Origin: Laetmonice hystrix
Lineage: Eukaryota
DNA length: 64,000 nucleotides
NCBI GenBank assembly: GCA_965235115.1
Contig: OZ249440.1
Coordinates: 32,614,001 to 32,678,000 of the forward strand
Direction: 5' to 3'
A program made the translations under genes and the position numbers. The notes under the pieces were generated by a model. It saw only the letters and a list, made by a program, of their open reading frames with translations. It was not told where the DNA came from and ran no database searches. The stretch's first letter is position 1. The number at the start of each line of letters is the position of its first letter. Of the stretch, positions 60,181 to 64,000 are shown piece after piece.

Positions 60181-62670
60181 GGTGAGGCAATAATTTAGGC
60201 TCTTAAATTATTATTCATTAGGAGTAGTAGTAGGTTTATTTCGAGAGTACAACATACATAGTTATGCGATGTATATTTTCATTGTTTTTAAGGGTACTTT
60301 CAGTGGATAACCACATAGGACACAATGTGTCTGTAACTTCAAAAATATACCAGTAATCATAGTTTATACAGTAATAAATATATTGAAGCAGTGGTATCCA
60401 GATGATATTTATACATAATTATTAAATGATTATCTTGGCAACATAACATTAACGTTCGCGGGTCTGGACTTTTAACCGGATGTGATCCGGCTACCTATAA
60501 GCCATGACCTTCGGCTAACCAAAAGACTTTTATTGGACTCTACTTCATATTAACTCTTTTATTACAATTACATCTTCACATATCATGTAATTTTATCCAT
60601 TTTTGTGTTTTATGTGTCCCGAATTTAGGCGGGACAATGTTTTTCCCCTCCAAACTGATTAAACTTGTATCTTATCAGGCCTTTGTTTTGTTAATGAGTG
60701 TATAAAGTTGTGCTGATGTACGGAATCTGTGCGGTGTATGGAGTGAGCTGGATATATGGTGAGTGTATAAGGTGTATGAAAGCTGTGTCGTGTATATTAC
60801 GGTGAGGTGGTTAATGGTGTGGTGGTGCCTTTCGGTGTATTACGGTGTGGTGGTGCCGTATGAGGTTCGGGGTGATGCAGTGAGGGCAGGATTGAGATAG
60901 CCTTGTCGCAGATCCAGTATCGGGGTAAGCCAAGTTAAATGATAAGATATCATTTGTATCCATGTAACCTGTTGTAGAGTAGTCATCGCGTGTGTTTGTA
61001 TACATTTGTATACACACCATTGTATTGCACTGTATTGTTGTCTCAGCTTCGACTGTTATGCAGCACTGAACAAGCCCGTCATATACCTATGACAACCATC
61101 AAGGCGGTAGTTGTCAATCAAACCAGGCTGCTATGCATCACCTGAAGGCAGTAGGGAATTCCTGTGACAATTTCTACTAGTTATATTTGGGGGTCGGCGC
61201 CGTGGGTCAGTTCAATACGATTACTCCAGTACTGGAGTGATTTGGTCAGCATTCTAATTTGTCCCGAGAGACAGCCAGAGGTAAGGTAATGGATGTAACC
61301 AATGTAAGGAGTAGAAGGGAGGTTACGAGCCGTTGCAACTGTATTCTCTTTTGTTAATTCGTTTAACATTATGATTATTCCTTGTTTAAGGTGGTAGTGC
61401 AGGTAAAGCAGAGGTTCGGGATCCCTAAGGGCTTCATGGTGTCAAATTGTATGTTCTGGGAATGTACCTGCAGGTCTCCTGGGGAATTGGCGTGTTCGTA
61501 TTCACGAGAACAGGGTCCAATGTATCCACGGGGTCACCAAATTTGTGCAATAGGGGTCCAGATGGGTTGGCAAAGGAATGGTCCTGATGGTTGGTGATAT
61601 TGGTATTATACTGTTGTTTTAAAATTTTCATTGCCATGTCGACCATTGGATGAGCTGAAGCGATGGAGCTTGATTTTGGAGCGGCTATGGTGGGCGGTCT
61701 TCAGGAAGATAACGGGGACGTCGACGACAGGATGCGATTGGTGCCATGGAGGTGTCGCCTGGTGGATCAAGGAGCCTGGGCGTCGGTGTGAAAGAGTTGA
61801 CTCCCAGCCCCTGTTGGGGTCAATGCGATTGGAAGGAACACAGAATGCTTTGGAGTGGCCAGACTGGCGATTCCGCCCCCCCCCCCCTCAAAGGGGGTGG
61901 GATCAAGACCTGCAACAACTTGGTGGGAGTGAACGGGTCTCCCTGGGTAGCAACAATTAAGGCTGATTCCTGCGGATGGGAGTCGCGTGCATCGGACTTG
62001 AGTGGTCAGGGGAAGGAGACGAAATGTTTACGGGGGTATGTGCCATGGCAGGGTGCAATATCGGCATCCGGAGCGGTGTGGCCTTGTGGAAGGGGGTAAC
62101 GAGTGAATGGTGGTGGAGAGCAACTTCAGAAATCAGGTCCTCATTGGAGAAGGTCTATCAAATTTAGTCTTTGTGTTCGGACTGTATTTCAGAACCCATA
62201 GTAACGCCGTCTGGATTAGGTATAACTGTTAAAACGCCTCTGAGCTAGGCTCTGTTTATCACGTAGGTGTCAATTCAAGTTCTGCTATTTGACATCTCAA
62301 CTAGAGAAAAGGTCGCTGTATTCAATGTGAAGAATGATTGACTATGATTTAGAGATATACCGATGAGATATACCAACGTAAAGTGTGTATACGCTGTGTT
62401 TTACTGATGACTCCCTGTTTGATTCTGGTCAGGGTATGGATGCCACGGTAGTTTAGGCGTGTGAACATGTTTATGAGTATAGCCGAGTTGGGGTACCCTT
62501 AGCTTAGAATATCATCGTAGTCGCCTTTACGCTTTTCCAGGGTTTTTTCCTAACAGTGGGTTTTATCCCTGGTTTTTAGTGCGGGAGGTTATTAAGAACT
62601 GGGTGATGGCAAAAGGTCTAAGTACATTAGTGTAGGACGGATAGTTTAATTGAGTGGATGACAAGTCAAC

Positions 62671-63025
62671 GATACAGCTAGGGATGGGTGTCCCAGTATA
62701 CGGTTTGGTGTTTCAATGATACAGTTGGGGTTGGTGTCCTGGTATATGGTTTGGTGTTTCAGTGATACAGTTTGGGGTCGGTGTCCTAGTATACGTTTTG
62801 GTGTTCCACTGATACAGTTTGGGGATGGTGTCCCAGTATACGGTTTGGTGTTTCAGTGATACAGTTTGGGGTTGGTGTCCCGGTATACGGTTTGGTTCCA
62901 CTGATACAGTTTGGGGATGGTGTTTTAGTATACGGTTTGGTATTGCAGTGATACAAGTTGGGGGTAGTGTCCCAGTACGTGGGTTGGTGTTTCAGTCATA
63001 CGGTTTGGGGTTGGTGTTGCAGTGC
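62671..63025. repeat. Minisatellite of about 47 bp (7-8 copies)
   Basis: gatacagtttggggatggtgtcccagtatacggtttggtgtttcagt starting at 62671, 62718, 62764, 62811, 62858, 62903 and 62950. Confidence 0.9.
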
Positions 63026-63699
63026 TAAGAGTACTAATTACGTGAGTAGTAATGAATGACACTGGTCTTTGTCGTGAAGCTCTTTTAAACTTCACTTGGG
63101 TCAAAGGGCATAGTTTGTCCAGAGATGAAGTAGGAGGCGGCAAGGACGGAATGGTTAGATGCCAGATTAGTCTGATGGGTATGGTTCGGATGCTCCATGA
63201 GATATGGTCGCCTCCTCTTTTTGGGTGTATTTGGGCCCGGGATAACAATCTGTTATCCGGTTGGCGCTGGGCCGCAAATACGACTGGTAATTTAGGAATT
63301 TTGTGGGGTAATTGTTTGTACCTGCACCTGCAGGCAGTACAGATATGGTATGTTACCCGCCGAGGCGGGGGTAAGTTAATTAGTGACCCATTAGTCTACA
63401 TATGGGTAATATCATGGGGTCATATATTTACGTAGGAACTTAGTCTTGTAAGGTTATCCATTCCCGAACCTTCGGGGGGATAAACCAATTCCTCTTTGGT
63501 GTAGTCACATACGTATTGGCATATAATAATGCCAGTAGAATAAAATATTCTACAACTGGTATTGGCGTTCTCGTCTCATTGAAAGCTATATCCTTCAATA
63601 ACTTTGGAATTATACAACCGATTGCGATGAAAATGGTGTCTAGGCCCAGGTTTTCTGGGTCAAGGATTACGATAAAGGCATTTTAAAATTTGTACGGCG

Positions 63700-64000
63700 A
63701 GTAAATATGCAAATTAGGGCCGCCATTACGGAAAATCCGACTTTGGTCAATATCTCTTTAAACATTTGTCATATTTCGTAAAGGGTGTCATCTAGACTGA
63801 GGTTTGCAAGGTCCAAGTATGTGAAAAAGGTACTTTCAGTTTATTCTCGAATGCTAATTTATGCAAATTAGGGCCGTCATTACCTAAAATCCGACTTCGG
63901 TCCATATATTTTTTAACGTTTGTCATATTTCGTAAAGGATGTCATCTAGACCCGGGTTTGCAAGGCTAGGATATGTGAAAGGTACTTTCAGTTTTTTTTC
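63700..64000. repeat. About 153-bp direct repeats containing the octamer ATGCAAAT; probable transposon subterminal region
   Basis: atgcaaattagggccg.cattac..aaaatccgactt...tgtcatatttcgtaaagg at about 63706 and 63859. Confidence 0.6.

Noticed and set aside
61181..61646. Possible Ulp1-like protease fragment (MVDMAMKILKQQY)
   Set aside because: Only a weak resemblance; no catalytic His/Cys motifs could be found in frame.

Overview
Eukaryotic (invertebrate animal) genomic DNA, made up almost entirely of nested transposable elements. A decayed CR1/L2-group LINE (about 1.6 kb in total) is split by three large insertions. (1) A 10.5-kb Ginger2/TDD-type DNA transposon (4924-15488, TATA TSD) whose 8-exon integrase gene is itself interrupted by a 5.2-kb Sola2-like transposon (6810-11979, TACT TSD) carrying an in-frame PPEGPQL repeat. 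(2) A 10.5-kb element with IS3EU-like TAC...GTA ends (15908-26418) that contains a two-gene Harbinger plus MITEs. (3) An EnSpm/CMC-like element with CACGTG-rich arrays that contains a truncated Academ. Downstream lie an intact, very young BEL/Pao LTR retrotransposon (36809-44479) inserted into a Tc1/mariner-type MITE, a V-SINE, more MITEs, an ORF1-like fragment and a deleted EnSpm transposase. The only recognisable host-gene segment is a minus-strand signal-peptide exon resembling a receptor guanylyl cyclase/ANF-receptor N-terminus (49437-49651), so much of the nest may lie in its first intron. The window opens in the C-terminus of a NADAR-like ORF missed by the ORF track. All family assignments are by eye from motifs, termini and TSDs; no database searches were run.
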